This document shows positions 50,200-64,000 of a DNA stretch of 64,000 bases, one piece after another (the first letter of the stretch is position 1; the number at the start of each line of letters is the position of its first letter). Where the stretch lies: positions 62,001 to 126,000 of the forward strand of contig NW_021833892.1 of assembly GCF_006345805.1 (NCBI RefSeq), given 5' to 3'. The position numbers were made by a program, and so were the translations under genes. Source of the stretch: Octopus sinensis. Its lineage: Eukaryota. The notes under the pieces are model-generated. The model saw only the letters and a list, made by a program, of their open reading frames with translations, ran no database searches and had not been told where the DNA came from.

Positions 50200-50677
50200 A
50201 CTGTAGAAATACTAACAATTAATCAATTAACCATTTTCACTCGAAATATGTCTTTTTGGGTCAAATTGTTATCAGTTATTTTTCTGAAAAATACACCCCT
50301 CGACATTAAAATCCGAACACTTAATTTTTAGCAAATTTTTAATCATTTTTAATAAAATAATTTATTTGAGCTTCTTTATTTGTATTATTTTAACTATTTA
50401 TATATTTAAATATATATATTCGAAAATATAATTTTCAAAATTAAAGCAGAAACGTGTTTTCTAGTGACAAAGAATTCCGAACGGTATTTTATTCAACTCA
50501 CAGAATACAATTTTTATTAGACAGAAATGAATAATTTCAAAAAAGGACAAATTATATCTTTATATAATCAAAATTTCTCCTATAAAATGATTTCGGACAT
50601 CGTAAATATACCGAAGACAACTGTTTGGGACTTTGTTAAAAAATATCTAAAATCTGGGATTACGTGCAGAAAGGCTG

Positions 50678-52740
50678 GGCGATATCGTGTTTTAGCGTCT
50701 TAAAATCATAAGGGACCAATTTTGATTAGAAATCGCAAATAAATTAATATTATTATATTATTTTTTAAAAATTATTATAATTATCAAAATAATTATTATC
50801 TGCAACGCTTTAACAGTATTTTTGAATGATGTCTCGTGGAAGGCCGTCTGCATCGACTATTATTGTTAATAATACTCAACCAACGGTACTTTTGTCGAAG
50901 TGGTCGCAGTTTTTTTTGAAGATAATTAAAATTAATTAATTTTTTTAGTGAAAAATAGATTATCTAATTTATAACCCTCTATCAATAATTTAAATGGTTA
51001 TTAAAATTATTTAAAAATTTATTTAACCAATTTAGTCATTTTTAGTACGCGGCATCCAAATTCCAGGACTGTAGAAGGAATTTATGTCTTTTACAATCTG
51101 TGCAAAAGATTCCTTATAGTTCTGTATTTGTTTTCGCCACATAAATTCTGAAAAAATAACTAACTAAAAAAACCGGTACTTTTGTCGAAGTGGTCGCAGT
51201 TTTTTTAGGCCTTTTAAAAAATCTAATAATTTTGAGGTGGAATATATTATATTTTTTTTAAGTCGCTCTATCAATAATTTAAAATATTATTAAATTTTTT
51301 ACTAATTTATTTTCTAATTTTGTTTAATATTATGGCGAGCATGTACCTAATATTGATATAAACTGGCACTATAGGTCACATGGAAAATTCTGTTGTGGAC
51401 TTATGCAACATCAAATTCCGACAGCTCCCAATAAGTAAGGAGGATGCAGTGCATTTTCTGTTAATAATATTTTAAATTATTGATAGAGCGACTTAAATAA
51501 AATATAATATATTCCACCTCAAAAATTATTAGATTTTTTAAAAGGCCTAAAAAAACTGCGACCACTTCGACAAAAGTACCCAACCAACATATGATTTGTT
51601 ACTATTTGAATTGAATCACCGAGATTTTGTGGAAATAACAATGACCACGCAAGATACGGTCAATTGGTTGGCTCAATATCAGCTAATCAAAAATTCGATG
51701 AAATACGAAAACTGCAGCACGGATTGCCGTCTTCTTTCAGACAAATCCCGACTCGACAAATTAAAATGGAAATATAAAACATGCAATTTCTCAAAATCGA
51801 TTCGAGATGGCAGCTTTTTCTCACATAGTCATTTTGAATTGAAGGAAATTTTGGACTATATCTATTTTTGGGCACTCAATTCAGAAACGATTATCTGCAG
51901 CAAAGAATCTCGATCAGACTTTAAAAAAACATCAATTGATTGGGGCAACTTTTTACGTGATGTATGCGTAAAGTGGGTCGAGGACCATCCTTGTTCTCTC
52001 GGTGGAATTAACCCAGAAACTATGTTGCCAATTGTCGTAGAAGTGGATGAAACAAAAATTTTCATCGAAAATACGCAAGAGGTACCTAACACGAAGGGCA
52101 TTGGGTTGTTGGTGGAAAAGAGAGGGGCAACCCTAGGAATATTTTTCTGGTCGAAGTTCCTGATCGGAGTCGAGACACGCTGATTCCAATAATCCAAACT
52201 CATGTACAGACCGGATCGATTATCTGTACGGATTATTGGCCAGCCTACAATAGAATCGAATTGTTAGGATATTCCGATCATTTAAGAGTCAACCACAGCC
52301 GCAATTTTGTTGACCAGAACAATCGCTCCACACATACGCAGGGAATCGAGTCATTGTGGTCTCACGCCAAGAAAAAGCTAAAAAGGATGAATGGAACATC
52401 CCGTGTTCTTTTTAATTCTTATCAGGCGGAATTTGAATGGCGGTGGAGAAATGATACGTATCCCTGTGGAGGCGAGAATGCATTTATTAAAATGTTAATA
52501 ACTATTAATTCTCAGTATCCTTTGTCTTAATAATTCGAGTTTTTCACTGTTTTCATGTTTTACTAAGTTGCTGTAAAAATGTAGTTTTAAAAAAATTTAA
52601 ATTTAGGGTTGCCACAGTATTGTACATATAAATTTAATTATAATAATTTTTAAAAAATAATATAATAATATTAATTTATTTGCGATTTCTAATCAAAATT
52701 GGTCCCTTATGATTTTAAGACGCTAAAACACGATATCGCC
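50678..52740 (+). mobile_element. Merlin (IS1595/ISXO2-like) transposon
   Basis: ~100-bp TIRs GGCGATATCGTG..; 9-bp TSD GAAAGGCTG (50669-50677, 52741-52749); VVEVDET, TDYWPAY, VNHS.NFVD, HTQGIESLW. Confidence 0.93.
50885..51580. mobile_element. Non-autonomous Merlin-type unit with three TIRs
   Basis: GGTACTTTTGTCGAAGTGGTCGCAG at 50885 and 51175, inverted copy ending 51580; 8-bp TSD CAACCAAC (50877-50884, 51581-51588). Confidence 0.88.
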
Positions 52741-53799
52741 GAAAGGCTGGATCTGGAAGGCCACCCAAGTTCAGTACAGATGAAATTCGGATTCTTTTAT
52801 CATTATCAACTGATAATTTTCGAACCGCAGCTACCTTGTCTTCAGAAATGGGAAAAATTACACAAAAAAGTCTCAGCACGCACAATAACAAGAATTCTAA
52901 ACTCAAAAGGTTTGTATAAACGAGTTGTAAAGAAACGACCATTTCTAAGTTCAAAAAATATTGCTCTCAGATATGGAATATCTAAAAAATTTCTTATTTT
53001 CTCCGACGAATGTAGTTTTGAACTTTTTTCCCATTCAAGACGAATGTATCAATACAGAAAAAAAGGAAATAAGTTGAGATATGCGAAGATAATACCTAGT
53101 TTTAAATTTGGTGGAGGGAAAGTTCTTGTTTGGGGCTGTTTTTCGTATTTCGGAATGGGGAAATTAGTTTTTATTGATGGAAAAATGAACTCTGGGGAAT
53201 ATATTAATATTCTGGCAAATAATCTTGAAGATTCAGCGAATAAAATGGGATTGAGCGACTATATATTCCAACAAGATAATGCGCCTTGCCACACATCTAA
53301 GGCAACTAAAGAATATATGTCGTCTCAAAATATTAATTTGCTCGACTGGCCACCTCAGTCACCTGACATGAACCCAATCGAACACATTTGGGCTCACATT
53401 AAAAACGTTCTTTCAAGTGATACGTCAGAAAAGCAAAAAATATCGGAAATTTGGGAAAATATCCTAATGGAATTCATCAAAAAACTTGTTAGCTCAATGA
53501 AAAATCGTAGTTTGGAAGTTTACAACAGAAAAGGAAGGCATTCAAGCTACTAATTAAATTTTGTTCGGTTTTTTTTGTTATGAAATTCTCGTTTTTTGCT
53601 TTATTCTTTAAAATTCTATGTTTCAATATATATTTAAATATGAAAATAGTTAGAATAATACAAATAAAGAAGCTCAGATAAATTATTTTATTGAAAATGA
53701 TTAAAAATTTGCTTAAAATTAAGTGTTCAAATTTTAATGTCGAGGGGTGTATTTTGGTGATCAATTATTTAATATTAGTAAGTATGTCAACCACATTTA

Positions 53800-54469
53800 G
53801 TTTTCCACGTGATCTACTGAAGAAATGATACTTCACAGGGAATGTAGCAAAAACTTTGGGAACATAGTTTACGTCAGAATAAATAAAGTGAATTCATTAA
53901 TAGTATTGCTAAGACACGAAAACAACAACCCATATCGCCGACTTTGGTATTCACATGGATACAACAAATGTGCCAGAATTTCTTACTGTTTTTGTAGACT
54001 TTGTGTTTACAAAATGAGTTAAGATAATATGTTGAAACAAGGCACTTGCACTTTATATCAGGTTTGATAAAAAAGATATGTGAAATGAAACTAAGAGAGC
54101 AAAATAGGCAACAAAAAACACTATAGTATGCAATTCCAATTATTTCCCGAAGCACTATTTTTATTTGACTACCGCTATAGTAAATCTAGTTGCAAAAAAC
54201 CTGAGGTTGTGCAGCTAGTTAATAATCTTATAAAAAATAGATTTTTAATGTGAAAAAACAGAACTTAGTAACTCTTCAGGAAAAAATATCAATATATTCG
54301 TCTATTGATTATGAATTATGTTTTTAATATTGAATTATTCACATAATTTTCGATAAACATATGAATGAATCTTAAATTGTCATTGATTTATAAAAATTTG
54401 TGAATTCAATTTTTTGAAATAAACCACAATGCGTAGACATTTTAGAAGAAAGTAAAAAACACTTACCAT
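53800..54469 (-). CDS. Possible small Cys-rich or membrane protein gene (unresolved)
   Basis: ATG|GTAAGT at 54469 and a 93-aa hydrophobic Cys-rich frame at 53874-54155; I could not assemble a spliced ORF. Confidence 0.2.
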
Positions 54470-54528
54470 CCTACCTAGAGTCATAATTATAAAAAATTAA
54501 AAATCAATCCCAAGAAATATATCAAAAA

Positions 54529-55541
54529 TTATTGGTCTGGGGTTAAATCCAACAAAAGTTTTTCCAAAGCCATGTCGGGATCTCCATCACAGCTCTGAAG
54601 CGCAGAGATAACCTCATCTCTTGAAGCGTTGGTTGTTGCCATCAAGTTGACAATATCTTCCTACCCAGTTAAATCTCTCAATCCAACTTCACGGAAACTT
54701 GACAATCTGGAATCGTGTCTAAACAAAGCATTGCGAAGCAAATGAATAAAACGCTCGGTGGTCATTCCCTATAAATAAATCACAAACCAAAACCTGTCCA
54801 TTTGAGTTGTATAAATAACCTAAAACAACATTTTCTTAAAAAATCAAACCATTTTGTTTTGAGTAGTCGATTATATAATTGATGGCATAACCCAATTCTG
54901 GAAAATTGGCCAATTCACTAATTATAAACCAAAAAATATACTTTTCCAATTTTTCTGGAGATGAAAACTCCTCCAATGCATTAGGATTAGTAATTGTGTC
55001 TAAAAATCAACTTTTTGAGGGATAAACCAACAGCTTGGGGATTCCTGAGAATACTGGGTACATCTTGGTACAATTTTGCATAAAATTCGGGGTTTGATCT
55101 ACATTTTTTAACCTATTTGATCATTTATTTCACAAAATACAAAATTTAAGTATCTCTTTCGCTCTAAGCCCGAAAAGACTGCTTTGAAATACAAAGAAAC
55201 CTCTTTAATATCACATTCTACATTTTTTGATAAATAAATTTACTTTTGTCTACTTTATCAGCATTGTAAGATACAAAACATGCTATTACGTCACCAGAAT
55301 TAATTCCTATTTGGGAAATCAAAATACCCGGCGGTACTAATTTGCCACGAAATGAGAGATCTAAGGTTTAGTTATTTATATATGGTTAAATACCAAAATT
55401 TATAGGTTCATGGGGTAAAAGGGGATTTATTTCTTTTCTAAGTTCGTCAGTTGTTAAATTTGGAAGAATTGATATGTATTGAATACTCGGTGGTAAGTTA
55501 TCATCGGGAAATATGTAGAATGTTAACTTTAGTTGTTCCAT
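54529..55541 (-). CDS. UBL-UBA protein, UBL7-like, multi-exon
   Basis: N-terminal ubiquitin-like segment (LSFRGKL..IGINSGDVI), UBL7-like ERFIHLLRNAL..FREVGLRD, C-terminal UBA-like IVNLMATTNASRDEVISALQSCDGDPDMALEKLL. Confidence 0.55.
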
Positions 55542-55689
55542 TCTTACACGCAGTCACACAAAGATGAAAATAATTTATTTATTATTAAATAAAGTTATAT
55601 ATAACATTTAAAATTTAATAAAAGTAAAATTTGGTTTATTTTACCTAATCTTTTAATTTATTTTTAAAAAATTAATAAAATATTATAAA

Positions 55690-58213
55690 CTAAAATTTCA
55701 TGTCATTTAAACGGAATATAAATTCAGTTTTGTATTCAAAAACTGAAATATTAATTTCCATTCCACCACAAAGTGCCACCACCTTGTCCAATACATAAAA
55801 TGATTGTTTCCAAAAACGTTCTTTGGAAAGACTGTTAAGACAACACTCCTCATCGAGAGGGTCCATTAAAAATACAAAATAATACAAAAAAGCACAAAGA
55901 TTTCCTCCATGGGAAACGAAAACAGGACAATCGGCAATTTTCTGAGGACAGTCACTCCAGATAAGAGGAAGTTCACCAAGAACATATCGATGCACCAAAA
56001 AAGGTTCCGAAAGTCTTTTGTGTTCGAGAGTACTCAATTCCACGTCCACGTGAGTATTAACCTTCAATCTTGAAAAGTCAAATAAACTGTTAAATCGTCA
56101 AGAATAGTCCCAACATATTGTCCACATATTGTCTTATCGACTAATTTATTATATCCAATCAGTTCTGATGACTCAATCGCCACTGCGTACAACTCAAAAG
56201 CCCACGGAATAAACGAAAATGAGGCACCAGTCGAAAGTAATCTTAACGGTGATCTCAACGAATAGTACCTAAAATGAGACAAATCCTCGAAAAATGTTTG
56301 ATGAAGAGTTCCCACCACTTCGATTGGCTCGACAATCACAAAAATATGTTCGAATTTGTCAGATATACTCGTAATCAACAATTTTGACAAATTTGGACAA
56401 ATTTGACTAAAGTAAATTGAATTGTCATCTAAAAGGAGTATTGGAAGACCCAGATCGGCCAAATAAAATGGAAGAAACGACAAATCTGCACTCCAAATAG
56501 CCAAAAGAGTGTTGGATTGAGTTATTTGTTGATCTAGAGACAATCTGGAGGATACCACAGTCTTAAAACATCGAAAATATTCGGCATCATTTAGTTTTCT
56601 AATTAAATTAGATTCTAATGTGAGTAGAGAGCAATTTGATAAATCTTTTCCCGATTTCATCACATTAAAATCAATCACGTGGTCTTTATTGACTCCTGAC
56701 TTGGACACCCCTTCGATTAAAAAACCGGGAATATCGTCGTTCAACAAAAAACTGACAGAAAACACATCTCCCTTATTTTTAGCCTCTCGCTGTTCTCTCC
56801 GTGAATTGTCTATAAAGTTTCCCGCCAAAAAACAACCATGAGGGTAAATCGGGAACACAGCTTGTTCCCAACGAGTCAAATTTTCTGCGAATGGAGAACT
56901 CGAAAGTGACATGGAGTCAGAGAAAGGTGTCATTTGGAGGGTAAACCAGAATGTCACTCCATCAATCAGTCCATCACGTGTCAATTCTACATTGACAGTT
57001 TTTTGAAAATTTTCAAGATTTTTAATATCCTAAGTAATTATAATTATCAAACACTGCCATTTCAGATGCCAAACTAAATTTATGTATTTCAAACGGGTCG
57101 CTAATGAATTTGAATTCATTTCGATATTTTGATATGTTTTCAGAAAGATAAGGCTCAAAATCATGCCCTTGTTGGGGATTACCGATATTCAGCTGAATAT
57201 CGACTTTTAAAGAGACATCTTTATTGACTAGTCTTAAATAAATGTAATTTTTTTCAAACCGGGACTCGAGCTCCACATCTAAAGACTCTACCAATATTCC
57301 ATAAAGAGTCACTGAAAAAGGAATAAACAAAGTCCGAGGACTTGCTAATGATCTATGACAGTGCCTTAAAGTTTCCAAAACACCTTCCCCAAAAAAACCA
57401 GAATCAAAAATCTCCATAATGACCAGATCAGCCCTAAAATAGACAATTCAAATATTTAAGAAACCTTTGACTAATATCATTGGGAACCATCAAATCATTT
57501 GAGTGTTTATTAAATAATTTTACAGAGTCCTCACAGTTATTCTGAGTCAAAAAAAGTTTGGCTTTCTCCAACATAATCAAGGAATAGTCACAGGCATAAA
57601 CACAAGTCTTTCCGGGTTTCACAGCAAAAGCACTGAGAAGGCCGATTCCTGTGCCAATATCAAGAACTGTAGTGATTGAGTCACAGCTTTGAACAACATT
57701 TTGAATAGACGATTTATAGGCAGTATTCCTAGCTATATCATTGAGCATTCGAAAATGCCATCTTTGAACTAATCTTCCTAAAAGGAGTTGTGCGTGAGTT
57801 GTGGCAATGATTGAATTGCCGTCCAATCTTCGGGCATTTTGAAAGCAATTTAAAGATTCTGTTTCTAATCCAAGTCTATAGGTCAAATAAGGCACTGAGA
57901 CCTGAAAAAAGCAAATCCTAAAATTTTCAACATGTGAATATCTAAAAATAATTGTTCTGTGTTTTTTTTGAAGGAAACAAGTCCATCAATATCGTCTTCG
58001 GTTATATACGAATCGACTACCTGCTTAAAACACTCATTGAAGGTGCCCTTTAAACAATAATCAAAAAGTTAGAACCTGAATTGAGTTAAAGAGGTCGGGA
58101 CTGAAACGGGCAATGAAGAGTAAGAAAGGAAATGATTGGATATAGTTTTTCTGGTTAAATAATTCCATTCCTTTTAGTAAGGAATTGTTTGCAACTATTT
58201 CTCTTTTATTCAT
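55690..58213 (-). CDS. PRMT9: Protein arginine methyltransferase 9 (N-terminal TPR-like region plus tandem MTase), multi-exon
   Basis: LVQRWHFRMLNDIARNTAY, VLDIGTGIGLLS, VYACD, EIFDSGFFGEG, DGVTFWF, WEQAVFP. Confidence 0.82.
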
Positions 58214-58699
58214 CTTGTTTAAAAATTAATTTTAAATTGATGAATGACTACGGTTGAAATCGCGTTGAAATTTTTATTTATTACAAAAACTATCTTTATT
58301 ATTATTTAATTAATTATTAAATTAAAAATAACGATCTTTGTGTTTTATTATATGAATTTATTTCGGAAATTTGAATTGTTACTTTTATGAATTTTCTAAA
58401 GTCAGTTGCTGTGGAATCTTGGCTAACAGTACCCAAGATATTTCATTCTTTACGAGTGCTTACAGGATTCCTTGACATTCGACCTTTAACAACGTTGTAA
58501 AAGGACCATGTTAAGTAGGATTCCTGCTGGTTATAAAACAGGAAAAGTTTCTTTTTAGAGACAAAACATGTTTAGTTCCGCATCGCGGTTTTTGTATAAA
58601 CAATACAAATGAATTAAAAACTTTACAGGAGATTTTCTGCAAGATTTTCAGAGGAAAGTGGCAATTTGTAGAACAACTAAATCTCTTTTGCTTGTTTAA

Positions 58700-59408
58700 A
58701 ATAAGTCAATAAGAATTTAAATGCTTTCTTTGCTATTTTTGTTGTTCTTTTTCTCTTCAGATTTTTTTTCGAAATATTCCTTCGTCAACTGCAAAAACCT
58801 GGTTTGACACAGAGATGAATTTTTTTTGAACATCTTAACTCTATGTCTATGTTCTGTGTTTTCTATGGTCTTTTTAAAACAACGGATTAAATATATGTTC
58901 CTATAGAAGCATCTATGTATAGTTTATTTATATAGTTTATGCTATTTCAGTTTTCAAGCAAGTAAATTGTATATATGAAATTTTTCGGCTTTGATTTGCT
59001 TTAATTTATTTTGTGATATCATTCCAACTTCGGTTATTTTATATTTTGTCTTGTAAATAAAAATGCCAAGTATCAGTTGGTATAGTCGTATCTACATGTA
59101 TGTTAAGCTGTGCCGTCTGTCTTATATAATTACTGTTCAAGATTCGGTTGCTTCACATTTCTTCAACCGATTTCTTCCCACTTTTGCATATGTAGATAGA
59201 TACTTACGTCTATCAAAAAATAGATTTGATTTTTCAAAAGGTGATAAGTGCTTTTTGGAGAGTTATTCCCCTTTTTCAGCTATTTAGTGGGTTTTTTGTA
59301 TCAATGTTGACATTCTGGAATTTTTTTGCATTTAAATACATCAGAGTAAAGCGATTTAATTCTAATTTTGTTCATCAAATATTGCATGTTTTTCCTTCAA
59401 TGATTTAA
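58700..59408 (+). CDS. Possible multi-pass membrane protein gene (unresolved)
   Basis: Several hydrophobic frame segments separated by possible micro-introns; no family recognised. Confidence 0.2.
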
Positions 59409-59858
59409 CATTTTTATTTTGATTATTTAACAATATGAGTAATTTATTTTTAGCCTAAAAAAATTCATGACTATAACGAACAATTGGGAAGAATCTCCTC
59501 GTAGAACTATCAAGCCAAATTTCACATATCGATGATCAATTTAGAGACATAGAAACCATCTACTAACGTTATTGTTCAGAAAGTTGCTTATCCGCGGAGG
59601 AACTTTCCAGTAAATATAATAAAAGTCGACTTGAAATCAATCCATGCCAAAAGATATTGTTATAATGCTCTATACATTAATTAGTGAAAACCTTCTCTCA
59701 TGCATCCTTTGCATTGGTTTCTCGTCGCAAGCTGATTTCAGAAGTTGGACAAAATGAATCTATAAAGTTTGCAAATTTATAGCATTTAGTTTTATCTTGA
59801 ATAGATTGGGAGGTAAATCATGAGGTTTTAGACTTCTTATTTGGAATCAAATATACAG

Positions 59859-60051
59859 AATACCGTTCGGAATTTTTTGTCACTAGAAAACACGTTTCTG
59901 CTTTGATTTTGAAAATTATATGTTCGAATATATATTTAAATATATAAATAGTTAAAATAATACAAATAAAGAAGCTCAAATAAATTCTTTTATTAAAAAT
60001 GATTAAAAATTTGCTAAAAATTAAGTGTTCGGATTTTAATGTCGAGGGGTG
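59859..60051 (-). mobile_element. Orphan inverted copy of the left end of the 50294 Tc1
   Basis: ~190 bp near-identical to the reverse complement of 50294-50490, followed by TA. Confidence 0.85.
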
Positions 60052-60252
60052 TATGATCCAAGTAAAAAATCATTTTTCTCGAATTATTCAGAAAATCCCT
60101 TTGAATAGAGGACTGCATAACAAGTCTATTTTTTATTAAAAAAGTTGAAGACTCCGTCGCAAACACTTGTCAATTTGCAGTAAATTAAAATAACTCTTGA
60201 TTATTAAAGTTTTAAAATAGTAAAAATTGCAATTAATTTGTTAAATCTGTAA

Positions 60253-61047
<795 letters not shown>

Positions 61048-61633
61048 TTTCAATAATTTTTATCTCTAAATTGTATTATTTTTATATTATAATACTGAAT
61101 ACTTTAATAAAGTCAAATGATAATTTCCACAACAATGTCACGCCGGCACTGTAAATTATTTTAAATTTTATACAGTTGTATTATAAGTGTTTCGAATGAA
61201 TAATATTTTAGTTTTCCCGTGACTATTTATTGATGACATTTTAAAATAGTATTTGTTACATTTAATATTGTTTACTCACAACTCATTATTTAACCTGTTA
61301 GTTTATTTTTGTAAATAGTCTATCATGAATAAAAACTGTTTAATCCTAAATATTAATTCGTGGAAAATCTACATCAAAGATACTTATCATCGATTTTTAT
61401 AGATTAAATAAAAGAATGATTATTATTTCAGGATTCGCTTTGTGCCCGTCCCAGAAATATTCTAAATAGATAAAATATGGTTATTTATTATTATTTTGTA
61501 ATTTTTGACTTTTATATCATTTATCCTTACAAATTTATAATTGACTTTAAATTTTGTTTAGGATCGAATCTTCGATATATTTGAAATTTACTTTTTTGTA
61601 ATTTGATTAAATATAAAAAAGATTAACAAAATT

Positions 61634-64000
61634 TATTATTATTATTATAAAGCACTTTCGGAAAAGTCATAAGTTAATTAAGCTTTCCTTGTGCCACCAT
61701 TGAAATTCTCCCGGTCATGCGTCTCCAGGCTCTCCGGTCAGTTGCGATCGTCCTGAGTGAGTCGAGATCATCGCCATTTTTCAGTTTTTTATTAATTCCA
61801 GCTAGATCTTCATTTAGCGTGGTAGCCAGAGTGACCCTGGGTCTTCCACGGAAGTCTCCTTTGGAATGGGCAAAGTAGTTTTCCATCGCGATATTCGGCG
61901 GAGTGAGGCTGTCAAGTCTTAATATGTGTCCAAAGAGTCGCCATCTGGACTCCAGGATGTCCATAGAGATCGGTCTCGAATTGCATCTTTTGTATAGGGT
62001 GGAATTTGCTATTTTCCTTGAGAATTGCATGTTTATCACTCTTCTCAGTTGGTTCCGATGAAATCGGTCCAAATTGTTCATATCGGTCTTACTGATTCCC
62101 CACGTCGATCCATTGTACATTAGGACTGGGACAACAAATGTGTTGTATATTTTAAGTTTTGTCTTTGAATTTAGCTTCTTTAGGCGCCAGATGTTCATAA
62201 ACTTATTGTATGTGGCAATTGATAGTATTTTTCTGTGCATAATGTCTTCAGAGTCCCCTAAGAGAGATCCGACTTTTTTTTGTCTTCTCCAGGGCTCATC
62301 ATGAGTTCGTTCAGATCGAATAAATTTCGTATGTTCAGTTTTATTGTGGTTGATTGTTAGAAACCATTTGGAAAAAATATCTGGTAATGTTTCGATAATA
62401 AATCGAAGGGTTTCAGCATCATCAGATACGAAGTCGACATCATCAGCATATATTATTTCGTTGTATTTAGTGTTGTCCACAAGAGGCCGAAAGTCTCTGA
62501 GTGCTGCCTCTAGGTAGACGATAAAGAGAACTGGGGACAGCGAATCGCCTTGTGGTATGCCCCGTGATGTGTAGAAATAGTTTGACACATTTTTACCAAG
62601 TTTGGTTGCTAATTGAGTGTTCTGAAGAAGCATTAGGATTATTCTGATGTCGTCATGATTTAAGAAGGTCATAAGTATTTCCACAAGTTTAGTTCTGTGA
62701 ACAGAGTCGAATGCTCTGGACATATCGATGCCGAGTATTTCAGTGCAATGTTTATATTTTTGGCATGTGGCAGCTGTCCATCTGTGAGTCCAGATCACAT
62801 CAGCAGTGGACCTGCCAGTTCTAAAGCCACTTTGTCCCGGTGACAGAAAGTTTTCCACCTTGGTTCTTATCCTCTCTAATGCGATCAACGACAGTGTTTT
62901 CCGAAGCGTCGTTAGCAAAATAATAGGTCTTAGGCTGGATAGGGGTCCTTTTTGTTTTCCAGGTTTCTGTAGAGGAATTAACCATCCTTTGCCGAGGTCT
63001 AATGGGTTGTTCTGCTCAAATGCCTTGTTCAGGATATTTGCAGCGATTTCAGCAAACTTCATTGGCGCATATTTTACTAGTTCAGGTGGGATATTGTCCG
63101 GTCCCCCAGACCTGCCGGTTTTCAGTTTCTTCATTGCCTCCAATATTTCGTAAGTGGTTAATGGGGAACTTAGTGCCCCTACAGTATATGGGTAGGGTTT
63201 GTATCCTGATTCATCCTCCCAGTTAAGCATTTTGTAGTAGTATTCAGATATAGCCTCTACCTTACTCTTGTTGTCAATGATAGCCGCTTCCGTGGTGTCC
63301 CAGACAGTGATCGAATTTTGCCTCTTTTTTTTGCTTAGCAGCCTCATTGCCATGAACATTTTCGTGTCGTCCTTTTGTTTTGTTATGTGTTGAAATTGCT
63401 CTTCTGTTTCTTTGTACATTAGCAATTTCTGTGTTTTCTTGATATTTAGTAATATCATGTTCCGTAATTTTCGGAGTTCTCTTATTTTTTTCGGGTTGCT
63501 GGAGTTTTGTATTTTTAACCTCAAGGTTTTCTGCCTTTCTGAGAGGGAGCAAATCTCGTTATCGTGAAATTTGTGTTTTTTTCGAGTGAGTCCAACAACA
63601 TTTACAGCTGTCTTCTTCATTGCACTGGTCACTGCATCCCAAATCGCATTTGCAGGTTTTGTTGTGTCAATATTGTCGAGTTCTTCCTGTAGTTTGTCTG
63701 CATAGTTCTGTTTGAGTTTTTCATCACGGAATAATTCAAGATTATAGCTTTCTTGTTCATCATGCGTAAGTTTTTTCAGTTTGTTGTATGTCTTGTACAG
63801 TCCGATGCTAGTGATTACTAGTTTGTGGTCACTATTTGTCTCCAGTCCCCCGTATGAACGTGAATCCACAAGTAGATGTTTATGGGCAGCTTTGCAGAGG
63901 ATGTAGTCTATTTGATTGAATATAGGTATGTAATTTCCATTTGAGTCCTTTCTGGTTCCAGTCCATGTTGTTTTGTGCCTGGCTGGATGACGGAATGCCG
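61634..64000 (-). mobile_element. RTE-clade LINE, open APE-RT frame running off the window end
   Basis: NQIDYIL, SDHKLV, RPIILL, QSGFR, GIDMSRAFD, GIPQGDSLSP, YADD; stop 61674; (ATA)n tail near 61634-61648. Confidence 0.95.

Larger units (their letters stand above)
50294..53749 (+). mobile_element. Tc1 (DD34E-type) transposon with long imperfect TIRs, interrupted by Merlin
   Basis: TA|CACCCCTCGACATTAAAA..TTTTAATGTCGAGGGGTG|TA; HTH before 50677 rejoins GSGRPPK after 52749; IFSDE, QQDNAPCHT, WPPQSPDMNPIE. Confidence 0.93.

Overview
AT-rich eukaryotic DNA read with the standard genetic code: about 10 host genes sit in short islands among nested, mostly broken transposable elements. Host genes recognised by spliced translation are LETM1, RPS16, a C2orf81/DUF4639-like gene, SPAG16, a PMP22/claudin-like gene split by a transposon, PISD, tRNA-Ala(UGC), ODAD3/CCDC151, a UBL7-like UBL-UBA gene, PRMT9 and IDI1. 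Introns are tiny (21-34 nt in those I resolved, one GC-AG). Together with animal-type proteins and motile-cilium genes, this suggests a reduced ciliated metazoan parasite such as a dicyemid (inference). Mobile DNA includes about 12 CRE-clade RLE retrotransposon pieces, a second RLE family, RTE and I/Jockey-like LINEs, three hAT, two Tc1, pogo, Merlin and a Ginger/TDD element; many have TIRs and TSDs resolved to the base. Most notable: (1) a TSD-bounded chimera of a CRE 3' end and a copy of nearby hAT sequence; (2) three near-identical CRE copies within 7 kb, two of which may carry read-through flank from the third; (3) host-sized micro-introns inside Ginger and Buster-hAT transposase genes; (4) a three-TIR Merlin unit inserted into another Merlin transposase. 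All homology calls are from remembered motifs, not database searches. Many frameshifts look like homopolymer sequencing errors. I did not find a clearly new multi-gene system.
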